Notes: generated from the sequence alone by a model not told the origin. A DNA stretch of 41,432 nt from a virus (IMGVR_UViG_2563366824_000008), one strand, 5' to 3'; shown: positions 26,585 through 35,167, counted from the stretch's first letter. Made by a program: numbers and translations.

Positions 26585-28060
26585 TTAAGCATATGGATCG
26601 TAATCTGTGATGGCCTTGCCTTGCTGGTTCTGCTGCCCGGGAATTCGCAGACGCTTCGACACAGGGAACGCAAACGTCAGCAGTAGCGCATCGCCTTTAC
26701 CAGGAGAACGCCCAAGCCGCTCCTTGATATCTTCCTTCGGTTCGATAACGATTTTACCGTCCACTCGAACTTTGTACTCTGCCGCAGACAGGTCGTCCGC
26801 TGTTTCCTGGTCATCCAGCATGCCGCCCAGCCTCAGCCATGTCTTACATGAGTTGAACATCTCCCCACGCTTGTTAAGCATCTGCGGGTCAGTGGACGCA
26901 CCGCCGAACGGAACAAGTTGCCATGTACGTCCCCAGCCATCACCGATTGACTTCAAACCGGTTCCGTAACCGAAGTCGATGAACACCGCGTCAGCCTGAT
27001 ACTGGTCTTCAAAGTCAGCGATACGCTTCGCCATAATCAGATCGTCGGTTGTCTTGTTGCCAGTCCATAGCACCTTACTGTGCAGCCCCTGCCGCAGGTA
27101 TATCGCCGCGTCATCAACGCCTGAATATGCCGGGTCAACACCGATTATCACCGGAGCATGCGCCACCTGCGCAGCGGTTACCACCCGTTTCATTGCCTCA
27201 TCAGTAAGACCGGTAGGGATAAACTGCAATTCAGATGCATCAGGGAATATGCCGCGCACACGGATTTTAACGAAGTCGCTGTCTTCCCCGTAGTCATCAA
27301 CCCATTTCTGCAACTGCTGTTTGTTAGTGCCTTCCACCGTCCGGCTGTCAATCTGCGCAGTTTTCCAGCGGTGTTTATATTTGCGGAAACATTCACGGAA
27401 TCGCCCGGTATTACGCGTCGGGTTTCCGAACGCCACCCAGATAATCTCAGTGTCTTCGTCCGTTAGCGCACCTTCGGCAACTTCCCACACCAGATCCGCA
27501 ATATTCGACGCTTCATCGAATACCACGATGATGCGTTTGCGCTCGTTGTGTAGTCCGGCGAATGCCTCAGTGTTGTGCTCAGACCAGGGGATTGCGTCAG
27601 CTCGCCACCGCTTGTCGTGTCCAGGGTCATTGCTGTACATCGCGGTAGCTGTACAGGTAAACCAGTCTTTCGTGATAGCAAGGTTTGACCACTTGATAAT
27701 TTCCGGCCAGGTCTTCGTTCGTAGCTGGTTGTCGGTGTTGGCGGTCACCACGACCTTACAATCCTCGCAAGTGGACATGCCCCAGTTGATCAGCATTGAG
27801 ATGAATGCGGATTTACCAATACCGTGACCCGAAGCACGTGCCAGCATAAGCGGCTGATAGCGCGTCTCTGGATTCTGCAGGTGATCACGTATCTCTCGGA
27901 ACGCATCGGCCTGCCACTGACGTGGACCGGTGGCATGTGCCAGTTCAGTACCCTCTTCCCCCCACGGGAACGCATAGAGGGCATAGCCAAGCGGATCGTG
28001 AGTGAACCCTGCAATATCCTCGATCAACTGCTCTTCAGGAGATAACGCTGTATCTGTCAC
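26585..28060 (-). CDS. terL: terminase large subunit
   Basis: 491 aa; Walker A-like GHGIGKS; acidic ATPase motif VVFDEA; C-terminal nuclease-like region; 4-nt overlap with terS. Confidence 0.85.
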   Translation of the reverse strand: MTDTALSPEEQLIEDIAGFTHDPLGYALYAFPWGEEGTELAHATGPRQWQADAFREIRDHLQNPETRYQPLMLARASGHGIGKSAFISMLINWGMSTCEDCKVVVTANTDNQLRTKTWPEIIKWSNLAITKDWFTCTATAMYSNDPGHDKRWRADAIPWSEHNTEAFAGLHNERKRIIVVFDEASNIADLVWEVAEGALTDEDTEIIWVAFGNPTRNTGRFRECFRKYKHRWKTAQIDSRTVEGTNKQQLQKWVDDYGEDSDFVKIRVRGIFPDASELQFIPTGLTDEAMKRVVTAAQVAHAPVIIGVDPAYSGVDDAAIYLRQGLHSKVLWTGNKTTDDLIMAKRIADFEDQYQADAVFIDFGYGTGLKSIGDGWGRTWQLVPFGGASTDPQMLNKRGEMFNSCKTWLRLGGMLDDQETADDLSAAEYKVRVDGKIVIEPKEDIKERLGRSPGKGDALLLTFAFPVSKRLRIPGQQNQQGKAITDYDPYA

Positions 28061-28653
28061 TGATTACCATCCTGACGTTCTTTGAGTCGCTTCCTGGCTG
28101 CTGCTATGCGATCAGCAATTGTCACATTCACATTAACATCCAGACGTTCTTTGAACGCGTTGACATCAACATGCTTACCAATCAGTTCTAGGTTCTTCAC
28201 CTTGTCAGGCCATTTAATTTTTTTGAGGATTGTCTCTATCGAATCCTCGTTCATGTTCATGATGGTCGATGACAGATCAAAGCCACTAAGCGTAGTGCGC
28301 CAGATTTTCGGCCACTCACGGATTGGTTTAAGGCTCCCATCGTCGTTGAGGATATCGATCACGTCCATCTGGTCGATCTCCACCAGGCGCATGAGAACGT
28401 AATCAGCACTGACGCGCATTCGTTTGTTGCGCTCCTCCATCAACTCGGCAATCCGTTTTTGAATGCGTTCATCGCGCATCATGACACTGGCTTTAACTGC
28501 CGCTGTATTTGGGGAAAATCCTGCGTTAATCGCTGCCTGAGTCTGGTTTTCAGGCGTTTTGATGTATGACTGGCAATAAGCCTCCTGCATTGCTGTTAGT
28601 GGCTTAAATTGCGTTGATTTGCGTTTATAGGTTTTAGGTTCAGCAGGCATCAT
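28057..28653 (-). CDS. terS: terminase small subunit
   Basis: Start set at internal ATG-ATG with GGTGG RBS (ORF 28057..28731); DNA-binding N-terminal region; directly upstream of terL. Confidence 0.65.
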   Translation of the reverse strand: MMPAEPKTYKRKSTQFKPLTAMQEAYCQSYIKTPENQTQAAINAGFSPNTAAVKASVMMRDERIQKRIAELMEERNKRMRVSADYVLMRLVEIDQMDVIDILNDDGSLKPIREWPKIWRTTLSGFDLSSTIMNMNEDSIETILKKIKWPDKVKNLELIGKHVDVNAFKERLDVNVNVTIADRIAAARKRLKERQDGNQ

Positions 28654-28763
28654 AACCACCGTGGTAATAGTTACCGTTGTGGTAATAGTACCATGCAAAA
28701 TAAAGCCGCCATAGTTGGCGGCAGTATTCAAAACCCATCAAATTCATCATGCATAATCTACTC

Positions 28764-28775
28764 GTGACATGTCAC
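28764..28775. repeat. 12-bp perfect palindrome GTGACATGTCAC, copy 3 of 3
   Basis: Exact repeat overlapping the stop of the 28772..29113 gene, about 30 nt upstream of the terS ORF. Confidence 0.8.
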
Positions 28776-29113
28776 ACTATTAATTTCGTTTCATGCCAGC
28801 CTTTAGTCACCCAGCATTGCGAGTCACCATTACACGGGCATGAATTTACAGGAACTCTCTCGCCGCACTTACCGCAACGTTTTCTGCTGATCGATTTTAT
28901 ACGCCAGTGCACGCGTGCATCATCCTGGCGGATCAGTAACGCTATATACTCACCAAATTCGTAAGGCGCACGCCCGGGGCGACGCGTGGCACAGTTACGC
29001 TCCAGCATTTCAATTTCCTGAGCATCAAGCACAATCTCCAGCTTACGCACACCAGATGCAGCTTGTCTGGCTCTCTGAGCGGCTTTGCGCTCTGCTGCTG
29101 ATTTAGCCATCAA
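28772..29113 (-). CDS. zinc-ribbon protein, candidate late-gene regulator
   Basis: 113 aa; C-terminal CGKCG...SCPCNGDSQC cysteine cluster; last early gene before terS. Confidence 0.45.
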   Translation of the reverse strand: MMAKSAAERKAAQRARQAASGVRKLEIVLDAQEIEMLERNCATRRPGRAPYEFGEYIALLIRQDDARVHWRIKSISRKRCGKCGERVPVNSCPCNGDSQCWVTKGWHETKLIV

Positions 29114-29145
29114 TATTTACCTTTATCGCGAACACCTTTACCGGT

Positions 29146-29388
29146 TTATCTCCTTTGCATGGCACGTAATTTTTTCAGATGGTTCTCCTGCTCTGTTTCA
29201 GCCAGGATCTGGTGATATTCTCTGTGATCAATGTGTTCGAATAAATTATTGAATTTTCGGATGCACACTCTTCCAGGATAGCCATCCATCCTCTTGAAGA
29301 ACACTGAGTGATCAGTACTACGAATGATTTTTACTGGATAGCCAGCGCTATCGGTGTATATCTGACCACGTTGAATCAGAGAGAACAT
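29146..29388 (-). CDS. hypothetical early protein
   Basis: 80-aa ORF in the early-left operon. Confidence 0.45.
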   Translation of the reverse strand: MFSLIQRGQIYTDSAGYPVKIIRSTDHSVFFKRMDGYPGRVCIRKFNNLFEHIDHREYHQILAETEQENHLKKLRAMQRR

Positions 29389-29454
29389 TCGTTTATCCCC
29401 AGATAAAAATATAGCAATACCAATTACATAAAATACTTCAGGCCAAGCATCATT

Positions 29455-30114
29455 TCACCCCTGCGGCGGTTCTGGTAGAGGCATCCAGTGGGTTACCTCT
29501 TTGAGATACAGGTCTTCGCCATCACCGTCATCCCAAGTGGGATTGCCATCATTAAACCAGTCGCCATATACGCCGACCTGAGTGTTGGGGATGTTTGGTG
29601 GGTAGTTGTTTTTAAAGTCAGCTGCTAACACATAGCATTGTCGCTCTCCCATTTCTGGCATTCGCTCACTACAGCTTATCCAACCATCCGGAGTTACCGG
29701 ATAGTTTCCGGGTTCTTTAATGTGCAAGCGAGGCTCACCATCTTTTGGCTCAGGCCACTGGCGCTCCATGTTGATCTTCAATTTATCTTCCATAGCAGCG
29801 GTAATTTCAGCATCGCTGATGCCAGCACGGCGCTGTGCATCCCACAACAGAAACTGCATATCAGCCCACTCGCTAAGATCGTCTGGTTCGGCTGCGGCTT
29901 CCAGTGCCTCTTTTGAGAGATGTTTCAGCGGACCAATGGGGCCAACGCAGCCAAATGTGGAGTCAGACCATTTGGCATGCTCGTGGCGAATCTGTTCGCG
30001 TTCCAGTGATGCCAGTGCAATTCGTGCCAGTTCCATTTGTTCGCCACGAGTAAGTCCGTTATCAAGCGGATTTTTAATGAATAATTTGATACGTTCTTTG
30101 GTTATAGCGCTCAT
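29455..30114 (-). CDS. hypothetical early protein with Trp/Asp-rich C-terminal domain
   Basis: 219 aa; C-terminal region resembles a phage domain of unknown function (DUF551-like, from memory). Confidence 0.45.
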   Translation of the reverse strand: MSAITKERIKLFIKNPLDNGLTRGEQMELARIALASLEREQIRHEHAKWSDSTFGCVGPIGPLKHLSKEALEAAAEPDDLSEWADMQFLLWDAQRRAGISDAEITAAMEDKLKINMERQWPEPKDGEPRLHIKEPGNYPVTPDGWISCSERMPEMGERQCYVLAADFKNNYPPNIPNTQVGVYGDWFNDGNPTWDDGDGEDLYLKEVTHWMPLPEPPQG

Positions 30115-30115
30115 A

Positions 30116-30813
30116 TCACTCTCCTTTGATGCGAATGCCAGCGGCGCGGATTGCAGCGATGACCTCAGAAACTTTGTATGCCATTACCGTTTGGTAATCC
30201 TCGTGAAAATCTGTTCGATGAAGCATGCTGCTACGTTCTGGGAGCGATATTTCCCGTGCTTCCAGTTCTGCTATGCGCTTCTCTGCGGATTCCAGCGCCG
30301 CAACCAATTCGTCTACAGTTCCGGCAGCTTGCAGTGCGTAATCGGTAATAGCCATCTCATGATCAATTTCAGTACCGTTCTCATTCGTTGAGGTGATAGC
30401 AAAATAATCAGAGTCGATTTCGTTATCAGCTAAGTGGCGTAGCGTATCGGCAACAAGCCGGCCGTTTTCGATTAGCAGCTTCCCAACCGTAAGAGCAATT
30501 TCCTCGTTCTCCTGGTCGCGGGATTTGATGTACTGCTGGTTTCTTTCCCGTTCATCCAGAAGCGCCAGCACAGTAGCCGGATTGGCTGCGGCGATGAATT
30601 CAGCATTGGCCTGCTGTTCCATTTGGAAATCTTCATCGAAACCGCTTTCAGGATGCGCTCCTTCAATTCTGCAAATGGGAATATATCCAGCAACTTCACG
30701 ATGAATTAGCGCATCATCACCATCAAATCGGCTCTCTCCATATTCGAGCGACCACTCACCACACGTTGCTTTCTCTGCCTTTTCACGCAATGCCTGATAG
30801 TCAATCTTGTTCA
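30116..30813 (-). CDS. hypothetical early protein, coiled-coil
   Basis: Start set at GTG with GGGAGA RBS, just past the upstream stop (ORF 30116..30895). Confidence 0.45.
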
Positions 30814-31103
30814 CTGGTTGTCTCCCTTGCAGGGCTTTCGAATGTATCAAACTCAAACAACTTAACCACGTCATCAAACAGGACATAATCGCCATCAGGA
30901 TCTTCAGTCATGTCAGCGCCACAATCCTGACCGAACGAGTCACAACCATCCATATCAAGCTCGTATCGCTTCAGGTTTGCGATATTTGATAAATTCAGCG
31001 CCAGTACAGCCAGGTCATAAACCTCTTCGGCAGTGACATCGCTGTTCAGTCCCATTTCATGGCGATATATGATTTTTTCTACTCGTTGTTTTGTGATTGT
31101 CAT
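30801..31103 (-). CDS. small acidic hypothetical protein
   Basis: 100 aa; strongly acidic C-terminal half; ATGA overlap with the upstream gene. Confidence 0.45.
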   Translation of the reverse strand: MTITKQRVEKIIYRHEMGLNSDVTAEEVYDLAVLALNLSNIANLKRYELDMDGCDSFGQDCGADMTEDPDGDYVLFDDVVKLFEFDTFESPARETTSEQD

Positions 31104-31573
31104 TTTTGCTCGCCTCCCTGTTCTTCCAGAAAAATACGCATAGCCTCAAGCATCTCTTCGGTGTCATACGGTGACAACTTGTCACGCAGGATGTGTTCAA
31201 TGCTGTTAATGAACTTGCGGATTGCTTTGCGTTCAATTTCAGCCAGGAAAGCATCAGTGGCTGGAATGGGCTTTTGTGGTGATATAGCAATGCGAATTGT
31301 CTCAATGTCTGGATCTGTTTCCGCTGCTGGCACCTTGATATAACCCATCTGCACCCCATTCATGATGAACCTGCGACGGTCATCACATATCGCCTTTAGC
31401 CCCGCATTCTCAGCCGCCAGAGCATTAGCACGCACCAGTTGCACTTCCAGTTGCGTTGCCAAATCGCTGATCAGCTTTGCCACACTGCGCATATCAACGG
31501 CACCACATTCTGCTTTCAGTTCCGAAGCCATCTCATGCCCGGCGGCAACTAACCCTTTGATATTACTTTCCAT
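31100..31573 (-). CDS. hypothetical early protein
   Basis: 157-aa ORF; 4-nt overlap with the downstream gene. Confidence 0.45.
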   Translation of the reverse strand: MESNIKGLVAAGHEMASELKAECGAVDMRSVAKLISDLATQLEVQLVRANALAAENAGLKAICDDRRRFIMNGVQMGYIKVPAAETDPDIETIRIAISPQKPIPATDAFLAEIERKAIRKFINSIEHILRDKLSPYDTEEMLEAMRIFLEEQGGEQK

Positions 31574-31634
31574 CTTTACCCTCGCTTATCCACATAACTT
31601 ATTGATTACATTGATAACTAAAAAGATCGTCGAT

Positions 31635-31982
31635 TCAGAACTCTTCGATGTTCCAGCCGCCACCTGCTTTCTTTGGTTTAACCGTTACCCCGATGATTCG
31701 GAACGGATACTGATCTGCGGCTACTTTGGTTTTCACCCTGGCGTCGTCGGTCCAGAATCCCCCTTTCACTTCGTGCAGTTCCATCTCTCCGGTGGCGAGC
31801 ATCACAGCGAAATCGGGCGTATAGAACGTGTTGTCAGCTAACCGCAGCTTGATACCCTCGAATCGATACCAGGCGATTTCCCCTGCACGTTTACGCTGCT
31901 CAAGGTGCTGGCAATACGCAGATTCTGTTTTGTTCATCTGGCCTGTTTTGAGTCGACCAAGAGCCTGTATCTGTTTTCTCAT
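31635..31982 (-). CDS. phage protein of unknown function, possibly nuclease-like
   Basis: 115 aa; segment FYTPDFAV...ELHEVKGG suggests a PD-(D/E)XK-like fold (DUF1064-like, from memory); operator overlaps its RBS. Confidence 0.45.
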   Translation of the reverse strand: MRKQIQALGRLKTGQMNKTESAYCQHLEQRKRAGEIAWYRFEGIKLRLADNTFYTPDFAVMLATGEMELHEVKGGFWTDDARVKTKVAADQYPFRIIGVTVKPKKAGGGWNIEEF

Positions 31983-31985
31983 GAT

Positions 31986-32062
31986 TTACCTCTAAGGTAA
32001 TTAAAAACCACATAAGACACGAAATCAATAGAGTTTAGAATATTTTGTTACCTTATAGGTAA
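31986..32062. promoter_or_regulatory. two candidate repressor operators between P-like and downstream genes
   Basis: TTACCTCTAAGGTAA (31986..32000) and TTACCTTATAGGTAA (32048..32062). Confidence 0.5.
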
Positions 32063-32099
32063 TTGTTGAGGCGTAAAAAAATGCGCTATCGCGCTGGTA

Positions 32100-32900
32100 T
32101 TACTTGATAAATCCTGCCGCCTTTCCCCGCCTGTATTCCTCCATCAGCCACTGCGCCGGTGTTATTCCCCCGAGGGTGGCGGCGTTAGGCATGCACCCGA
32201 AACTTCGCCCTGGTGGATGGTAAACGTCTCTCCCTGTGTCCGGAGGTGTACTCATGGGCTCTGGCTTTGCCTGTATGCTGATCACCGGATCGGGTATCTG
32301 CTGTCCGGAAGCCACCTTTTTCGCCCAATCATCGAGCAACCTGCGCGCGTGTTTCTCAACCTCAATCTCGCTAAGCTGGCGCTGATACATTGCACGGCGG
32401 GTATCACATACGACCCAGTACATAACCGGATGCCGCCACGGGAATCTTTCGGGACCACCAGGATATAAACTTTTTTCCTTGCTGTACCGGTGAAACTCCG
32501 CCATCACATCGTCAATGGTGACGCCAAGAACCATCTTGCTGTCTTTGCACCACTTGATGAATTGCCCTGGCGACGGCCAGAACGGAGATTCACTGGCGCG
32601 GGCGTGGCGCATACCAGCAGAAACCTGTTCACGGGTTCGGATCCCCCCTTCGGCAAACGCAGCAATCCACTGCTGTTTTGCAGCGACTTCCTGCTCTGGC
32701 GTCTTCAGGTTGGTTACCACTGCCGCCGGAAACAGTTGTTTCAGCTGTTTGAAAAGGGCATCAACAAGCCTCTCTGCTGACATGTTCACCACATTGTCAT
32801 TGTTGACGTACTGATGCTCATAACCTGACATGCGAGAAAGGGCTTCTCCGTCACGGTTTTGTATCGCGGTAAAAACGTTGTTCACAAGAAATCCTCCCAT
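32100..32900 (-). CDS. replication protein P-like (DnaB helicase loader)
   Basis: 266 aa; segment QQWIAAFAEGGIRTREQVSAGMRHAR...PFWPSPGQFIKWC aligns with lambda P as I recall it. Confidence 0.7.
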   Translation of the reverse strand: MGGFLVNNVFTAIQNRDGEALSRMSGYEHQYVNNDNVVNMSAERLVDALFKQLKQLFPAAVVTNLKTPEQEVAAKQQWIAAFAEGGIRTREQVSAGMRHARASESPFWPSPGQFIKWCKDSKMVLGVTIDDVMAEFHRYSKEKSLYPGGPERFPWRHPVMYWVVCDTRRAMYQRQLSEIEVEKHARRLLDDWAKKVASGQQIPDPVISIQAKPEPMSTPPDTGRDVYHPPGRSFGCMPNAATLGGITPAQWLMEEYRRGKAAGFIK

Positions 32901-33697
32901 GCTTCAGGGCTGTTCCAGTGCGGAACGTTGTTATCAGGTAATGTTGATTGCTTCTGTCTGCTAATCTGCAGCCGCCTTGCCAGCTTCTGCTCCCACTGTG
33001 CCTGATGGTATGCCTTACCCTCAGCCATCCAGTAAATTCTGAACTCTGCAAGTTCCTGTGCTGTTGGCAGACTGTCCAGGTAGATCCCCTGCAATGAGCT
33101 TTTCCGAAGAAAGTCATCTGATGGCTGCCATTGTTCATGCATGACAAATTTGCCTAATTGCCCTGGCCCACCAGGAGGAACAAAGTTATTCATCACGGCG
33201 TTGTTTGCGCCGGGGTCATGAGGCACAGAACCTCGGGTTTTTGTCCTGCTCTCCCTCTCTTGGTTAAATGACTGGTTATATGACTGGTTCTGGATCCCGT
33301 TTTTGGGATCATTCAACATCCCGTTTTTGGGATCATTCAACATCCCGTTTTTGGGTATATTCCCGTTTTCGGGAACATTACCGTTTTCGGGTTCATTGCT
33401 CCCTTTCCGGTTGCCTTTAATGTTCCCGTTTTTGGTTATATTAAGAGAGAAAACCCGCACTCTTTTCGTCGCTCCCTTTCTCTCTCCGGTATCTGAAATA
33501 AGCCCCATTTTCATGAGCGATATAAGTCCGGCCTGCACGGTTTTTTTATTCAGGCAAGTGTCTTTAACGAGGCGTTCTATGCTGGGGTAGCAGAGGTTAT
33601 ATTCATCGGCTCTGTCAGCCATCGAGAGCAGTATGAGCTTTAATGATGAGCTACCTGGATCTGTCTCCCAGGCCCAATCTGTTGCATGTCTGCTCAT
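32882..33697 (-). CDS. replication initiator O-like protein with in-gene origin iterons
   Basis: 271 aa; N-terminal winged-helix-like domain; central repetitive linker (PKNGMLND x2 and related) encoded by DNA direct repeats; C-terminal domain upstream of the P-like gene. Confidence 0.65.
   Translation of the reverse strand: MSRHATDWAWETDPGSSSLKLILLSMADRADEYNLCYPSIERLVKDTCLNKKTVQAGLISLMKMGLISDTGERKGATKRVRVFSLNITKNGNIKGNRKGSNEPENGNVPENGNIPKNGMLNDPKNGMLNDPKNGIQNQSYNQSFNQERESRTKTRGSVPHDPGANNAVMNNFVPPGGPGQLGKFVMHEQWQPSDDFLRKSSLQGIYLDSLPTAQELAEFRIYWMAEGKAYHQAQWEQKLARRLQISRQKQSTLPDNNVPHWNSPEAWEDFL
33294..33445. repeat. iteron array (candidate origin of replication)
   Basis: Two perfect 24-bp units ATCCCGTTTTTGGGATCATTCAAC (33294..33317, 33318..33341) followed by 3-4 degenerate CCCGTTTT(T/C)GGG-containing units. 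Confidence 0.6.
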
Positions 33698-33712
33698 GAT
33701 TAATCTCCGCTA

Positions 33713-33949
33713 TCAGCTTGAATGTTGTGGGGAGGAATTAATCATGATCTGCTTAATCTCTGCCCTGATACGACGGTTTGATTCCATGGTGCACTCAACA
33801 CAGTGTCCGTTGTAAACCCAGCGTTCACTGTCATGTCCGTGCTTACATGGTTTTCCGGTGTAGTAGCGTTTAAGTCCGCGCTTTGCGGCATCAATACGTG
33901 TAATGATTTCCATGGTAAGCCCTGTTATTAGTATTGGGATTACGGTCAT
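33713..33949 (-). CDS. small zinc-ribbon protein
   Basis: ORF 33713..34003 trimmed to an internal Met because the annotated start overlaps an operator-like site; CKHGH...CVEC cysteine/histidine cluster; exact start uncertain. Confidence 0.4.
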   Translation of the reverse strand: MTVIPILITGLTMEIITRIDAAKRGLKRYYTGKPCKHGHDSERWVYNGHCVECTMESNRRIRAEIKQIMINSSPQHSS

Positions 33950-34014
33950 TTTGTGCTGACACAAAAAAAAGATCAACCACATTTGGTTTTTTATTACCCT
34001 CAAGGTGCGAATAG

Positions 34015-34042
34015 ATATGAAAAGACCGCCGGATGGCGGTCT
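34015..34042 (-). terminator. weak rho-independent terminator after the cro-like gene
   Basis: Minus strand: AGACCGCC-atcc-GGCGGTCT then TTTTC. Confidence 0.4.
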
Positions 34043-34063
34043 ACAGAGGGTTGTGGCTGGATA

Positions 34064-34294
34064 TCATGAGTAGAAGAAGTATGCCAGTTCTGCTTTTGAG
34101 CGCAGCCATTGTCTTGATTTACAGGCTTTAAAAAGCCCATTCATCAATACCTTACCTGGCATTTTGCGCTTACCTGTTAAGTGAGTCTGGATATAGTGAC
34201 TCGTCGTTCCGGCTTCCTGTGCGAAGGCTTCACGCTCATCCGGAGTAAGTGCAAGCCAGTGCTTTTTGAAATCGAAATGTCCGTTATCGCTCAT
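34064..34294 (-). CDS. Cro/cII-like helix-turn-helix regulator
   Basis: 76 aa; HTH-like segment QEAGTTSHYIQTHLTGKR; first gene of the leftward early operon, divergent from the repressor. Confidence 0.55.
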   Translation of the reverse strand: MSDNGHFDFKKHWLALTPDEREAFAQEAGTTSHYIQTHLTGKRKMPGKVLMNGLFKACKSRQWLRSKAELAYFFYS

Positions 34295-34330
34295 AGCTAT
34301 TGCCTGATATTTATTTCAGATAATAAATAT

Positions 34331-34393
34331 TCACCTATAAGGTAACAAAAATCAAGAATAGTTACCCATGAGGTGCATTTACCTGTTGGGTAA
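34331..34393. promoter_or_regulatory. immunity-region operator cluster (three sites) with divergent promoters
   Basis: TCACCTATAAGGTAA (34331..34345), TTACCCATGAGGTGC (34362..34376), TTACCTGTTGGGTAA (34379..34393) in the 154-bp gap between divergent regulator genes. Confidence 0.6.
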
Positions 34394-34448
34394 TATTGCT
34401 TTAAATTGAATCATCTTCTGATTCAGATATGAGGCGATTTTCCAGAAA

Positions 34449-35033
34449 ATGAAAAGTATCCAGGACGTCCGCAGGCAAAATCTCAACGACTTGATCGACC
34501 GTGAATTCAATGGTGTTCAGACGCGGATGGCAGAAAAACTTGGAACTCAGGCAAATCTGGTAAACCGCTGGGCTCTTGGCAAGAAGGTTATCGGCGACCA
34601 GGTTGCGCGAAAAATTGAAGCTGCCGCCAATAAACCCCGTAACTGGCTTGATATCGATCGCTCGCTTTCTCAGGAAGGTTTTCAGCCTGTCGGCCCAAGC
34701 GACATTGGTCAGCTGGCGGCTCACAACCTGGAACGCTGGATGAGCGAAAGCCGCGACCTTTCAACACAGGGAAAACTTCACCGCGCATCCGGCGTCGCCC
34801 AGGTGACAATCAGCCGCCTGTTAAACAATGAGGTCAGCGTTTCCATTTCCACCCTGGAGAATGTTGCATCCGCATTCGGGCGTCACGGCTATGAATTACT
34901 GATTCACCCGCACGACCCTGCGACTATCAACTATGACCGCTCGCGCTACGCATTGTTACCCGAAACAGAGAAGGCAAAGATCGAAAGTTACATTGAATTT
35001 GTCATCAGCCAGAACGAAAAAAACAAACAATAA
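34449..35033 (+). CDS. prophage repressor candidate with two HTH domains and no autocleavage domain
   Basis: 194 aa; two XRE-like HTH segments (QTRMAEKLGTQANLVNRW and HRASGVAQVTISRLLNN); no LexA-like Ala-Gly / Ser-Lys cleavage module seen; followed by its own terminator. Confidence 0.6.
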   Translation: MKSIQDVRRQNLNDLIDREFNGVQTRMAEKLGTQANLVNRWALGKKVIGDQVARKIEAAANKPRNWLDIDRSLSQEGFQPVGPSDIGQLAAHNLERWMSESRDLSTQGKLHRASGVAQVTISRLLNNEVSVSISTLENVASAFGRHGYELLIHPHDPATINYDRSRYALLPETEKAKIESYIEFVISQNEKNKQ

Positions 35034-35053
35034 AATCATATTTTTCAGTAAGT

Positions 35054-35078
35054 AAGCCGCCTCATGGCGGCTTTTTTA
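35054..35078 (+). terminator. rho-independent terminator after the repressor gene
   Basis: AAGCCGCC-tcat-GGCGGCTT followed by TTTTATT. Confidence 0.65.
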
Positions 35079-35090
35079 TTGCCAGCAAGA

Positions 35091-35167
35091 TTACCTTATG
35101 GGTAATTTTTTTAACTCATATCTATTGACATCAAACCAGATACGCATAATCATTACCTCAACGGTAA
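35091..35167 (+). promoter_or_regulatory. rightward early promoter flanked by two operators (oL/pL analogue)
   Basis: TTACCTTATGGGTAA (35091..35105), TTGACA (35125..35130), CATAAT (35145..35150), TTACCTCAACGGTAA (35153..35167). Confidence 0.55.

Noticed and set aside
33294-33445. Possible CRISPR array (direct repeats)
   Set aside because: Repeats are contiguous with no spacers, are in frame within the O-like gene and encode a repetitive peptide; no cas genes present; read as replication iterons.
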